DNA of 64,000 bases. Origin: Haliotis rufescens (lineage: Eukaryota). The position numbers and the translations under genes are program-made. The notes under the pieces were generated by a model. It ran no database searches and was not told where the DNA came from. It saw nothing but the letters and a program-made list of their open reading frames with translations. Where the stretch lies: assembly GCF_023055435.1 (NCBI RefSeq), contig NW_025964372.1, forward strand, positions 28,024,001-28,088,000, given 5' to 3'. Shown in pieces: positions 25,076-37,359 of the stretch; the stretch's first letter is position 1, and the number at the start of each line of letters is the position of its first letter.

Positions 25076-25621
25076 TCTCAAGTTAACGGTGAAAGTCAGT
25101 TGTAATGTTTAGTTTCTGAAACCAACTCAGCGAAAGCATCATGCCCTACCCATTAAATAATACTAGGAAGACTCAAAAACTAAGACTCAGTCAAAATCTT
25201 CACCGTATGTTACCCTCTCCGTTCTGTGTAAAAGTGTAATCACAACATGGCTGAAATATTGCCGGAGAAAATCACTCACTCACTCACTTTGTACAATCTA
25301 TATTTGTTAATTATTGTTTTGTTATGACAAAGGTAAAGTCTGAATTAATCTGATAAAACACAAGGGACACTAAGGAAGCAAGTCAGATATGCTACTTAGG
25401 TATAATCGCCGAATTGAGAAATTTGATAAAAGAACTGTCCATTAAAATGACCATTATTTATTGTTGTTGCAGCCATGTGCATAAATATATGTGAAGGTTT
25501 GTTTGTTCTCCTATACAAAATTATTAAAGAACCCCGATATTGATAACAGCCATCTTCGTGATTTTTTTTCATCACCCCGTGAGAATCCCGGGCTAGATAT
25601 GTTCACTTGCAGCCTGGTAAA

Positions 25622-25887
25622 CCGTGAAGATCCGGGGTAGAATAGGTCTTCAGCAACCCATGCTTGCCGTAAAAGGCGACTATGCTCGTCGAAAGAGGCG
25701 ACTAACGGGATCGGGTGGTCAGGCTCGCTGACGTGGTTGACGCATGTCATCGATCCCAATTGCGTGGATCGATGTTCATGATGTCAATCACTGGATTGTC
25801 GAGTCCACACTCGGTTATTTACAGACCGCCGTCATAAAGCTGGAATATTGCTGAGTGCGGCGTTAAACAACAAACCAACCAACCAAC
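25622..25887 (+). mobile_element. Family A SINE-like copy
   Basis: Near full-length match to the consensus. Confidence 0.85.
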
Positions 25888-26830
25888 TTGCAACCTGGAC
25901 ATAATGAATCGGGTTGTCGGTAACTTGGTTGATTGTTTGCCATCGTACCCCGAAGGTGTGGGTCATGATATCAATCACTGGTTTGGGGGTTAATGAGTGC
26001 CTGCCACCTGTTGGTATTTTGATTCCTGTTTGCAATTGCTGTATGATTCTTTCATTTATGTAAGTCACTGAAGCGTACGAGTGTAAATTTGAAAACGTCA
26101 ATGCGAGATAAGAACCAGTCTCGATTATCCACAAAAACCCATTGGGCGTGAAAGATAAATCAACAAAGAAATAAGATAAAAATTATATAAATGGAGCACT
26201 CAAAAACAGTGATGACACCAGGTCTTCGAGAAACGGGAAAGGATGTCCTGCCCTATCGATATCACCCTCCACTCACACCATTTGCAGAAAAAAGTAAGTT
26301 ATACTCGAGCTACAAACCTCGATCATCCATCGTAAAAGGCAAAATGGCAGTAAACTTTATATGAATGGATCAGTGATAGCACCTGGTGTTCGCGAATCCT
26401 GCCCAACGGATTCTGCCACTCACAAATGTGCATAAAAGTAAACGTTTGTTGCCCGACGACGCACAGAACGCCTACCATGTGACGCTACTAGCCTCAACAC
26501 AAGCCTGATATGATGGGCCTAGCAATTCAGGAACACGATAGGACATTTACTGATTGATATGCTGACGATGTGACAATGTAAAAAGGATTGCTTGACCCTA
26601 AATTATATATTACAACATGAATACTGTAATCAATCTCATTGGCTCCCCTTCCAGCCACGCCCACTTGCACACATTTGGACAAATACACCGTCACTGTACC
26701 ATTGCAGATGACATAAAGCTATTTGTCTTCAGAGATTTTCTGAGACTTCTGATGCAAACGTGTTCGCTTTGACCATAAATTATAACATGCTTTTGCATGT
26801 ATTCCTTTTCTACAATATACATGTGTTTGT

Positions 26831-27118
26831 AGGTGAGGTGAAAGTGGGTTTAACGTGGCGTCCAAGATTATTGCACTTACATAGCGACGTGCAAGCACGC
26901 GTGTGTGTGTATGTGTGTGGCTGCTTGTACTAGTCCGGACTGATGCCTATTTATAGTGCCAGCTCACTGAGATACCACGCTGCAGTTTAACATGAATACC
27001 CCACTCAGACACAGTATACTGACTCCGAGCGGACCAGTCCTTGTTTTAGCCCCCAATGCCGAGCGCCAGATATGCTGGTACAAAAAGTACCATCTTTTAA
27101 CGTCTGTTGGTATGATCG
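26831..27118 (-). mobile_element. Family B SINE, head truncated
   Basis: Colinear with ~19540-19820. Confidence 0.8.
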
Positions 27119-28249
27119 TGGAAGGTTCCTGGAATTGCAATTTCGTGGCTGTATCGTAATCCATTCGTAATTAATTCAGCAATCTTATGTTCCGTAACAG
27201 CTTCGTAATGGATTCTTTTGCATTCTTGGCTATTCTTAGCGATTCGTGGCTCCCACAATTTCTTGTCCTCAACCCGAAAACATCCCGAAACAGCCACGAA
27301 TGTCTCGAGTCAACTACGAATCATGTAAGAATTTAGTCAGAACAACTTTCGGCATATTCATAACTTAGTCGTAAGTAATCCTTACAATTCGTGTATGATC
27401 CGTACATGAATCTTGTAATTCGTACATGTTTCTTAAGCCATTCCTGGCGTTCTTCATATTTTTCATCCCAATTAACCACGAAAGTTTGCATTATTGGTCA
27501 AATCATCACGAATTTCGAAAGTTTCCGATTCGGGGTGATTCGGGATATTCGTGGTCGTAGTAAAAGTGAAATATCGTTTTCCTCATGTAGTCGAGCGGTG
27601 GCGTAGCCTGGGGGGTCAAAGCACTCACTCGCCACCACACCGAAGTTCACAGTTGGATACAGTTAGCCAATGTCGGATGCTTCCCCACCCCGTGATATTG
27701 TAGGATAGTGTTGTAAAGAGGTAAACATGAAACATTGAATAATATTATGGTCAATCTCATCATCAATCAAATCAATTTGTTTCTTCTCCGATACAACACG
27801 CGTGAAGATCTGAGGACACCCATATAAGAGAAGTGTCGTATCGGAATGAAAGATCTGATTTTAATTTGACGTGACAATCCAAACGATTGGAAATGACGGA
27901 TATTACAAAGTGCGCTTTTCAATAAATATTCATTTTGCTAGCGATAAAAATCATCATTGAGTTTTGCTCACGTGGTTACAATCTGACTGAGGATCGGCAG
28001 TATGGTGACCATGAGCGACTTTTTTAGCAGCGTGTGCAGTGCACGTACATTACAAGCACGAACTGAAATAAACGTACGTGCAGATGTAGTATTTAAAGCG
28101 CTATTGACCAAGGTCACTGCAAAATATAACCGCTCGCAGTCACCTGACTGTCGATTATTACCCAAATTGTAAACATGTGACCAAAACTAAATGATGATAT
28201 TTTTTGCTGAGAAGAGGGACTTTTCTTGAAAAGAGCATTTTGCATTTTT

Positions 28250-28697
28250 TGTCTGGTCCAGACTCGATTATTTACAGACTGCCGTGGTATAGCTGGACTA
28301 TTGCTGAGTGCGGCGTTAAACAAACAAACAAACAAACAAACAAACAAACAAACATTAATATCATTTCTAGCAGTATCACAAGTTACTGACAATTCAGTAT
28401 CACTGAATTGTCTGTACCTTTTCTCTTGCACCCTCTTACATGGGAATACACCCCCTCTGCACTGTTCATCCCTCGATCTGACAAAACGTATGCCACGTAA
28501 TGAACTCGTTTCTTTCTTCTCCTGTCCCCTCATGAATGTTTGTTTGTGTTGTTTAACGCCGCACTCAGCAATATTCCAGCTATCTGTAAATAATCGAGTC
28601 TGGACCAGAAAACAACAACATAGATCTACGCAAATGAGATACGATGACATGCATCAACAAAGTCAGAGAGCCTAACCACACGATACCGTTGGTCGTA
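28250..28697. mobile_element. Two family A fragments in opposite orientation (~28250-28352 +, ~28536-28697 -)
   Basis: Both match the 3' half of the family A consensus. Confidence 0.7.
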
Positions 28698-29362
28698 TCG
28701 TGATGAAAATTGGATGAGTTGTGGACAGAAAATTAGATTCGACCCAAAAATCACAAACTTTATTAAAACGTACCTGGATGAAAAAGGTCGCGGAAACACT
28801 GCAAACTTCAGGTTAATAACACAGTCTGAGGTTTGATACTCGTCCCAAAAACATCACCATCGAATGTCCAATTTCTTTTATCTGTTTTGACATGTTGCCT
28901 GACAGCCATACTATTTTGTGCTTTTCATAACCATGTATGTTAGTTAAAAGAACAAACTATACAATACACACACACAGATGCAATGATATTGTCTCTCTCA
29001 TGTAATGTATCTGCATATAGCTGCAATTCAAACATGATATGATAACAGTTAAATGAAAAGTTATGACGCACCAACTCCGGTGAGTATACACTGAAATGTC
29101 CACATGCGTTTTTGTCTACGATGGAAATCAAGGTCTCGAAATTCGATCAGCTGTATATGGAAGACTAACACATCTGCAATAAGTATGCGCCAATGAAAAA
29201 CAGTAATTAATCACATTTGCCATGTTAACTATTGAATGTAAATTGGTGATGAGTTATCTGGTTTTCGTCTTTCCAACCATACCAGTTCCACCTGCAATAC
29301 CTATTCTATAATCGGTTTATTCTTGAAATCTGAAATCGTCTTGCCCCATTGTCTGGAAACAA

Positions 29363-31660
29363 ATTTGTTACAATACGCTGCCCTGTACCCCACCCTTAAA
29401 TCTACAATCACACAATACGCTTCCCTGTACCCTTACATTGAATCTACGATGTCACAATACCCTCCCCTGTACCCTTCCCCTGAATCTACAAGGTCACAAT
29501 ACGCTCCTCTGTATCCTTCCCTTGAATCTACAATCACACAATACGCTCTCCTGAACCCTTTCATTGAATCTACAATGTCACAATACATTACCGTGTATCC
29601 TTTCCTTGAATTTACAAGGTTATAATACGCTCCCCTGTATCCTTCCCTTGAACTTACAATGTCACAATACGCTCCTCTGGGTCCTTCCCTTGAATCTACA
29701 ATCACACAATACGCTCCCCTGTACCCTTTCATTGAATCTACAATGTCACAATACGCTCCCCTGTACCCTTCCCCTGAATCTACAAGGTCACAATACGCTC
29801 CCCTGTATCCTTCCCTTGAATCTACAATCACACAATACGCTCTCCTGTACCCTTTCATTGAATCGACATTGTCACAATACATCCCTGTGTATCCTTCCCT
29901 TGAAATAGCAAGGTTATAATACGCTCCCCTGTATCCTTCCCTTGAATCTACAATGTCACAATACGCTCCCCTGTACCCTTTCATTGAATCTACAATCACA
30001 CAATACGCTCCCCTGTCTGTTTCCCTTGAATTTACAAGGTCACAATAAGCTCTCCTGTTCTCTTCCCTTGAATCTACATTGACACAATACGCTCCCCTGT
30101 ACCCTTCCCCTGAATCTACAAGGTCACAATACGCTCCTCTGTATCCTTCCCTTGAATCTACAATCACACAATACGCTCTCCTGAACCCTTTCATTGAATC
30201 TACAATGTCACAATACATTACCGTGTATCCTTCCCTTGAATTTACAAGGTTATAATACGCTCCCCTGTATCCTTCCCTTGAACTTACAATGTCACAATAC
30301 GCTCCTCTGGGTCCTTCCCTTGAATCTACAATCACACAATACGCTTCCCTGTACCCTTTCCTTGAATCTACAATGTCACAATACGCTCCCCTGTACCCTT
30401 CCCCTGAATCTACAAGGTCACAATACGCTCCCCTGTATCCTTCCCTTGAATCTACAATCACACAATACGCTCTCCTGTACCCTTTCATTGAATCTACATT
30501 GTCACAATACATCCCTGTGTATCCTTCCCTTGAAATAACAAGGTTATAATACGCTCCCCTGTATCCTTCCCTTGAATCTACAATGTCACAATACGCTCCC
30601 CTGTTCCCTTTCATTGAATCTACAATCACACAATACGCTCCCCTGTCTGTTTCCCTTGAATTTACAAGGTCACAATAAGCTCTCCTGTTCTCTTCCCTTG
30701 AATCTACATTGACACAATACGCTCCCCTGTTCCCTTACCCTGAATCTACAAGGTCACAATACGCTCCTCTGTATCCTTCCCTTGAATCTACAATCACACA
30801 ATACGCTCTCCTGAACCCTTTCATTGAATCTACAATGTCACAATACATTACCGTGTATCCTTCCCTTGAATTTACAAGGTTATAATACGCTCCCCTGTAT
30901 CCTTCCCTTGAACCTACAATGTCACAATACGCTCCTCTGAGTCCTTCCCTTGAATCTACAATCACACAATACGCTCCCCTGTACCCTTTCATTGAATCTA
31001 CAATGTCACAATACGCTCCCCTGTACCCTTCCCCTGAATCTACAAGGTCACAATACGCTCCCCTGTATCCTTCCCTTGAATCTACAATCACACAATACGC
31101 TCTCCTGTACCCTTTCATTGAATCGACATTGTCACAATACATCCCTGTGTATCCTTCCTTTGAAATAACAAGGTTATAATACGCTCCCCTGTATCCTTCC
31201 CTTGAATCTACAATGTCACAATACGCTCCCCTGTACCCTTTCATTGAATCTACAATCACACAATACGCTCCCCTGTCTGTTTCCCTTGAATTTACAAGGT
31301 CACAATAAGCTCTCCTGTTCTCTTTCCTTGAATCTACATTGACACAATACGCTCCCCTGTTCCCTTACCCTGAATCTACAAGGTCACAATACGCTCCCCT
31401 GTATCCTTCCCTTGAATCTACAATCACAAATACGCTCTCCTGTACCCTTTCATTGAATCGACATTGTCACAATACATTCCCGTGTATCCTTCCCTTGAAT
31501 TTACAAGGTTATAATACGCTCCCCTGTATCCTTCCCTTGAATCTACAATGTCACAATACTGTCCCCTGTCTGTTTCCCTTGAATTTACAAGGGCACAATA
31601 CGCTCTCCTGTACCCTTCCCTTGAATCGACAATGTTACAATACTCCCCCCTGTACCCTTC
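29363..31660 (+). repeat. 42-bp minisatellite (CACAATACGCTCCCCTGTATCCTTCCCTTGAATCTACAATGT), ~54 units, with a 630-bp higher-order repeat
   Basis: Tandem units are visible. Diagnostic variants recur every 630 bp (ORF starts at 29659/30289/30919 and 29564/30194). Confidence 0.95.
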
Positions 31661-32143
31661 TATGAGCATACTGCATGTGTGTATGTCACAATGTGCTCCC
31701 CTGTTCCTATGAATTGGTGGACGCATGTTCGATGCTTGGATAGATGAGTGGATTGATGTTTGATGGATGTATTGGTGGGCGAATAGATAGGGAGATTGAT
31801 AAGGGTTAAGCTAAAATGCTGTAACTGTATAGTAATATCAGTATCAGCGTGGAGGATCTCCGGCTTCAGCATGACACTTACACGTATCATATGTAGAATA
31901 TTGCACCTATATCATTACCGATATCTTCTACAAACATCGTCACGATATGGCTGAAATATTGCCGATGTGACATAAAGCATTAACTCACTCACTCACTCTA
32001 CATACCATATTACCACCAGGTAGAAAGCTTTAACGGCTGAAGTAACTTATAATGATCTGTCTGTCACGACATATATCACCTGCAAACTTCCCTCGAGAAG
32101 GCTTTTTTATATGCACTTGTTTTCTCCAATCAATGCGCCCTTA

Positions 32144-32352
32144 AGTAAGGATAAGATATATGGATACAACTTCTTTACAATTATGACGTTTTGGTGTAAG
32201 CTCTTACACCGTAATCAGGCAAGTGCTTGGTTGATAACGGTGTTAGAACCTACACCGAAACGCCGCCCCTAATTGTAACAAAGAAGTTGTTCATCAACAT
32301 ATCGTGATATCCTTACTTAGTACCCAAAAATTCTAAATGCCTAGCAAGGAAG
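32144..32352. mobile_element. Short inverted-repeat insertion with hammerhead-like cores (probable Penelope-like LTR remnant)
   Basis: Imperfect palindrome at 32142-32319, flanked by the direct repeat CAATGCGCCCTTA (32131-32143 / 32353-32365). Confidence 0.55.
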
Positions 32353-32532
32353 CAATGCGCCCTTACCCAGATCCGCATGTCATGATACTGATCACACGTG
32401 CCCTTCCCTAGACCTATCTGTTAGGGTGCACCCTTCCCTGGACCCTGTCATCATGAGCACTTCCTTATTTCACTAATGATAATGACACTAAGTGTATTAC
32501 GCCATTATTACGTTGTGAGGTCGGCTCCTACG

Positions 32533-32572
32533 TATATAAACTGTGATCTGCAATCACTGGTCATCATTATTC
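32533..32572 (+). promoter_or_regulatory. TATA box + initiator of gene D
   Basis: TATATAAA at 32533, TCATT ~30 nt downstream, CCACCATGG start context. Confidence 0.6.
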
Positions 32573-32588
32573 GATCCAATCTTCCACC

Positions 32589-35500
32589 ATGGTCTTCATC
32601 GTGTGCTTGGCGGCTCTCTTCGCAGTGGCGAAAGCCAATAATTTCGGTAAGTATATATACATCATATGCATCATGTCTTAAACTAAGTACCTAAAAAGCT
32701 TAGAATTGCTGAAATTCAGATGTCGTACATACAAACACGCTGAAATATCAATCATTCTCCAATCCAAACATGCAAGTTTGGCTTCAAAACAGTGCGTTTC
32801 AACACTAATTCTTCTTTTGCATACCCAGGCTACAACATCGCCCTGAATCGCCCCACCGGCTCCAGTAGTGTCTTCGTCAACGGTGTGCCCCCCATCACCG
32901 CCAACTCAAACCTCGCCGTCGACGGCAACTTCAACTCGGACTTCTTTGGCGGCTCATGTTTTTCTAGCGCTGATGTGGCGACAGATCCCAACCCCTTCTG
33001 GTTCGTGGATCTGGGTGCCCGCCGCTACGTGTCCGGCCTCACCCTCACCAACAGGGGCGACTGTTGTGGTAAGTTAAAGACTCGACATCTATACCAGTTT
33101 ACATTGCCATTCTTGAACCTATTGGATATATTACAATTCTAAACACATCCACCACAAAGCATTTAAATGAAATAAGCTCAGCAGAAAGTTCTTCTAAGCA
33201 TTGGGTAATGACAAGAATCAAATCCAAATATTCAGTGTAGGTGTTTTTCATCAAATATAGGTGTATTTGAACATATGGGTTCCTTATCAATATCCATATC
33301 TATGTCCATTTGTCAAGGGGGCACATGTGTCCCAGTCGTCTGAGGCCCCACGATTCGCTGTGCAGAGTTGCGTCCCTTGGGTACGTCAGAAACCTATGAT
33401 TGTGGGTTCGAATTCCGGTTCGCCCCGATTATGTTTCTAGGTTTGTCAGCACCATACCCGTGCTCGTGGGTTTCACCGAAGTGGTAAACGTCTGAGACCT
33501 ACATCACTTCGGGCTTTCCTCCCACATTAAGCTGACACGCTGTGATATAATTTGAATAATGTTAAAAGCGGCGTTAAACCCAACTCACTCACTCACTCTA
33601 ACATGGGAAACTTACAACCCCTCTTGTTGACATCCGCCGCTCAACGTCCTCAGTCCACCCATGCCCGACACATTACACACTATCAAACCAGTTTTGTTCA
33701 TTGGATAATGACAGGAATATAATCAAAATATGCCGTATGTTTCTATCATCAAATATAATTGTATGTGAACACTTCAGTTATATCTATGTCACTATGACAA
33801 ACATATTATTCATTATATACTTATAACTACCCTGGGTGATCATATGGCGTCACGAGATCAATCAACCAACACCATTGATAAACGTTCACGTGTCTATATA
33901 TCCTGAACAAAAAAAGTAAAATGTGACAGATTACAAATAAGGATTGAAAATCAACTTTGTAATATATTATATACGTCAGGTGTCATGAATATTTTGGGGG
34001 ATATTTTTTATAGTGAAGACTGAGCACACAATTTCATAAAATACCCGCCACAATATTCATGATTCCCAATGTCCTTTGTTCCATGTATTACAAAGTTGTC
34101 TTTAAATCCTTACTTGTAATCTATTTCATTTTACTTTGAGAAGAAATCTCCCCGAACCTGACAACTCCGAAAGGAAGGATTTGAATGAATACATTCTTCA
34201 GTTTGGGACAAAATGAATCACATAGCCATAGCTTACGACATTCGACTCTAACATTCGTAGCATTTGATCTGCAGATCCCATTGTACATGCCATTAAGTCA
34301 TTCCAAGACCGCACTGTCAAGAGATTTGTTTTACCAAGTGGCTACCTCGGCATACATATAAGAGAATCGACATAGAATAAACTATATGTGTAAATCAAAG
34401 AAACCCTGCTGTTGTGTTATTGTGATTTGAGGAATGACATCTTCTATCGTCTTTTACAGCTGATCGTCTGAGTGGTCTGACAATCGAAGTCTTTGAATTC
34501 AATCCGACCACCAGTTCCGAGACTCCCGAGTTCTGCTCCATGGTCATTGGTGGAGTGGCCCTCGGTCAGACTGTTTCACTCTCCTGCTCTCCGATGGTGA
34601 CTGGACGCTACGTCCGTATCAGGAAACCCGCCGCCACCGCCCCTCTCACCATCTGCGAGGTCGTTGTGTCCGGGGGCAACTTCAATAGTATGTATGAATT
34701 GCCCTATATGAAACCATTTACATTTACATTTAGCGACGGTACTACCATACTATGTGTACGAGTCCTATAATTTATTAGAAAACGGTATTCAGTTATGTAC
34801 ATTACTCATGCAGTAAGGGAAGGGCAGTCCTTAAAATGTTATTTAATTATTATTGTTGGTTTGGGTCTGAGAGCTACATTTGCATTATATAAACATATAG
34901 ATATGGACTCCTAACGTGGTAACCTTGTTCAGTCGTATTAAACATTGAAATCAGTCAGTCCTTCATCTGCAGCCAGGTATACTTTTCATTAAGCTTGTTA
35001 TTCATAATTATTATAAACACTTTTTCTTTACTTTCAGATAAATTCAATACATTTCCCTCCACCAACGTCGCCCTGAATCGCCCAGCGCGCGCTACCTCGC
35101 AGTTTACTTTCGCTGCCGCCAACCTGGTTGCCTCCCCTGGCCTGGCTGTGGACGGCAACTTTGACAGCCAGTTCGTCACCGGAAGAAGCTGTTACTCCAG
35201 CGCCATTGGCGACACAAATCCCACCTTATACATCGACCTCGGCGCCTACTTCTACATCAGCTCCGTCACCGTCACCAACAGGGGCGACTGTTGTGGTGAG
35301 CATTTTCACGTTGTGTTCTTGTGTTCCTTAAGATAAATTTCTCCACCAATATCATATCTCCACATCATAGTTAGTTAAAAATGCTTATTTAGGTTCAGCA
35401 ATATGTGTGTGTTTGAGTTGGGCTTAACGCTGTATTGAACAGTATTCAGTCATATCACGGCGTGTCAGATAAAGTGAGTGAGTGAGTGAGTATGGTTTTA

Positions 35501-36162
35501 CGCCGCTTTTAGCAATATTCCAGCAATATCATGGCGGGGGACACCAGAAATGGGCTTCACACATTGTACCCATGTCGGGAATTGAACCCGGGTCTTCAGC
35601 GTGACGAGCTAACGCTTTAACCACTAGGCTACCCGACCGCCCCGTCAGATAAAGATTGTGGTGAAGCCCCAAGTGATGCAGGCTTCAGACGTTTGCAACT
35701 CTCGTGAAACGTGACCATTATCATATATGTTAATGTATTTGAGGAGTACACTGTAATATATATGTCTTCACGTACTTAATGAGTACTTTCTTTACAATTC
35801 CAGCTGAACGCCTACGCAACATCAACATCGAAACTCTTCTGAAAGACCCCTACAGGTACCTGGAGTTCCCTAAACTTTGCGGCACCATCACTGGCAACGT
35901 CGCTGCAGGGGCTAACTTCACCGTCAACTGCTTTGCGCCTACTGTAGCCCGCTACATCAAGATCCAGAAGACTAGTATGGTTGACAGCAATGATCTCTTG
36001 ACCCTCTGTGAAGTTCAAGTAACAGGAAGGTTCGCATCCCACAGCGAGGTCACCAACAAATCTGTTGACAACGACGTTGCTCAGGCTCTGGCTGCCAACG
36101 GAATTATTTCGAGTTCTGGATCCAACGTTAACATGGTTGGCATGGAAGGGGCTGTGAATTAA
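32589..36162 (+). CDS. Secreted tandem F-type lectin protein, paralogue D, 380 aa
   Basis: Exons 32589-32646, 32829-33068, 34460-34687, 35038-35295, 35804-36162, GT-AG, phase 1. AATAAA at 36297-36302. Confidence 0.92.
33317..33598 (+). mobile_element. SINE family D (V-domain-like ..TTCCTCCCACA) in gene D intron 2
   Basis: B-box, GTGGGTTTCACC...CTTTCCTCCCACA and an (ACTC)n tail. Further copies at 40366-40647 and 62536-62797. Confidence 0.7.
35475..35643 (-). mobile_element. Short tRNA-derived SINE, family C, with 11-bp TSD, in gene D intron 4
   Basis: TSD GTCAGATAAAG at 35464-35474 and 35644-35654. The site is empty in gene E (42498-42508). Confidence 0.92.
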
Positions 36163-37007
36163 TCTGACGAAACTGACGAAGAAGCACATAATAAACTTCA
36201 CCAACGACGAAGGTCTGAAGTCAATTTCGTGAGCGCTTAAAGCACTTTTCATCGAAACAAGCCATGGATTGTTGTGGAGTTTCTGCTATGTGTCAAAATA
36301 AATGTGAAGGTTGAATACTGAAAGCGTTTTCTCGTGTGTAGATAAATTGATATAGAGACCCAGCGTGCGTTTCCGTAGAATAAATATCATACACTAGGAA
36401 GACAAATTGTATTAAGCGAGTCTATAAATATTTATGATACGGAAACAAACGAGGGTAATAAAATCTCTATTACATAATGGCATTCTTAATTTGCTTGTCA
36501 ATGAAGAAACTTCTTACAAATGAAATGTTTGAGTACCTCGTCTCATTTACCAGATAGCACAAATCGATTTGCAGCAATGTTTGTCTACATTATCACCCAC
36601 ACATCAGAAAACAAATATCTACACTAATTGGGAACGTCGGTCAATAATTTAATGAGTAAGCAGATATTAAATCGATGACTGGAGCTTAAAGTAATTCCTG
36701 CTGAATGACTTCATTTGTATATTTATTGAATTATATGACACAAAGTTAATCGATATTGGTTTATTGCATCGATACACATAAAACTTCCATGGAAGAGAAT
36801 AACCAGTCTTGATTATTCTCCGAAACATAGATTCCATTTGGCGTAACTGAAAACACACTATCCATTAAATGATAAACAAAAATCCGGTGTCATTCAAACG
36901 AAACACATACATGTATCTGATTTTGATTTTGTGTATTCAAAAGAGATCCATGTTACATTTACATTTATCTATTGCAAATTCAATTAAGTTACCCCCAACC
37001 TTCAGGT

Positions 37008-37158
37008 AGGGGCTGTCGGGTAGCCTTGTGGTTAAAGCGTTCGCTCGTCACGCCGAAGACCCGGGTTCGATTCCCGACATGGGTACAATGTGTGAAGCCC
37101 ATTTCTGGTGTCCCCCGCCATGATATTGCTGGAAAATTGCTAAAAGCGGCGTAAAACG
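37008..37158 (+). mobile_element. Family C tRNA-SINE
   Basis: GGGTAGCCTTGTGGTTAAAGCGTTCGCTCGTCACGCCGAAGACCCGGGTTCGATTCCC head. Duplicated at 43852-44002. Confidence 0.85.
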
Positions 37159-37359
37159 TTTTATACATTGTTTGTAGAACATTTCAGCCACTCCTAGTTG
37201 AATATCATACAAAATATGGATTCATAACAAACTACTGCAGTGTGTATTTGAATAAATGTTTCTTATGAACAATATTCCTGGTGATTCCCAGCTCTACAGC
37301 ACAAGAAGAACATATAAAATAATAGTCATTAAAGGGAAGAAGTCATAGTGCGCCAAATG

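Noticed and set aside
27125-27565. Stretch rich in TTCGT/ACGAA palindromic motifs
   Set aside because: Probably an internal part of a DNA transposon, but no termini or TSD could be defined.
29433-31259. 398-aa and 174-aa repetitive ORFs (VDSREGYRGAYCDI)n resembling a structural or adhesive protein
   Set aside because: They are a product of the 42-bp minisatellite. Several frames on both strands are open, and there is no signal peptide or splice context.
37008-37085. tRNA-Asp-like gene (also ~43852, ~45937, ~52343, ~35580)
   Set aside because: The acceptor stem is poor and the sequence continues into a shared SINE body and tail; one copy has a TSD.
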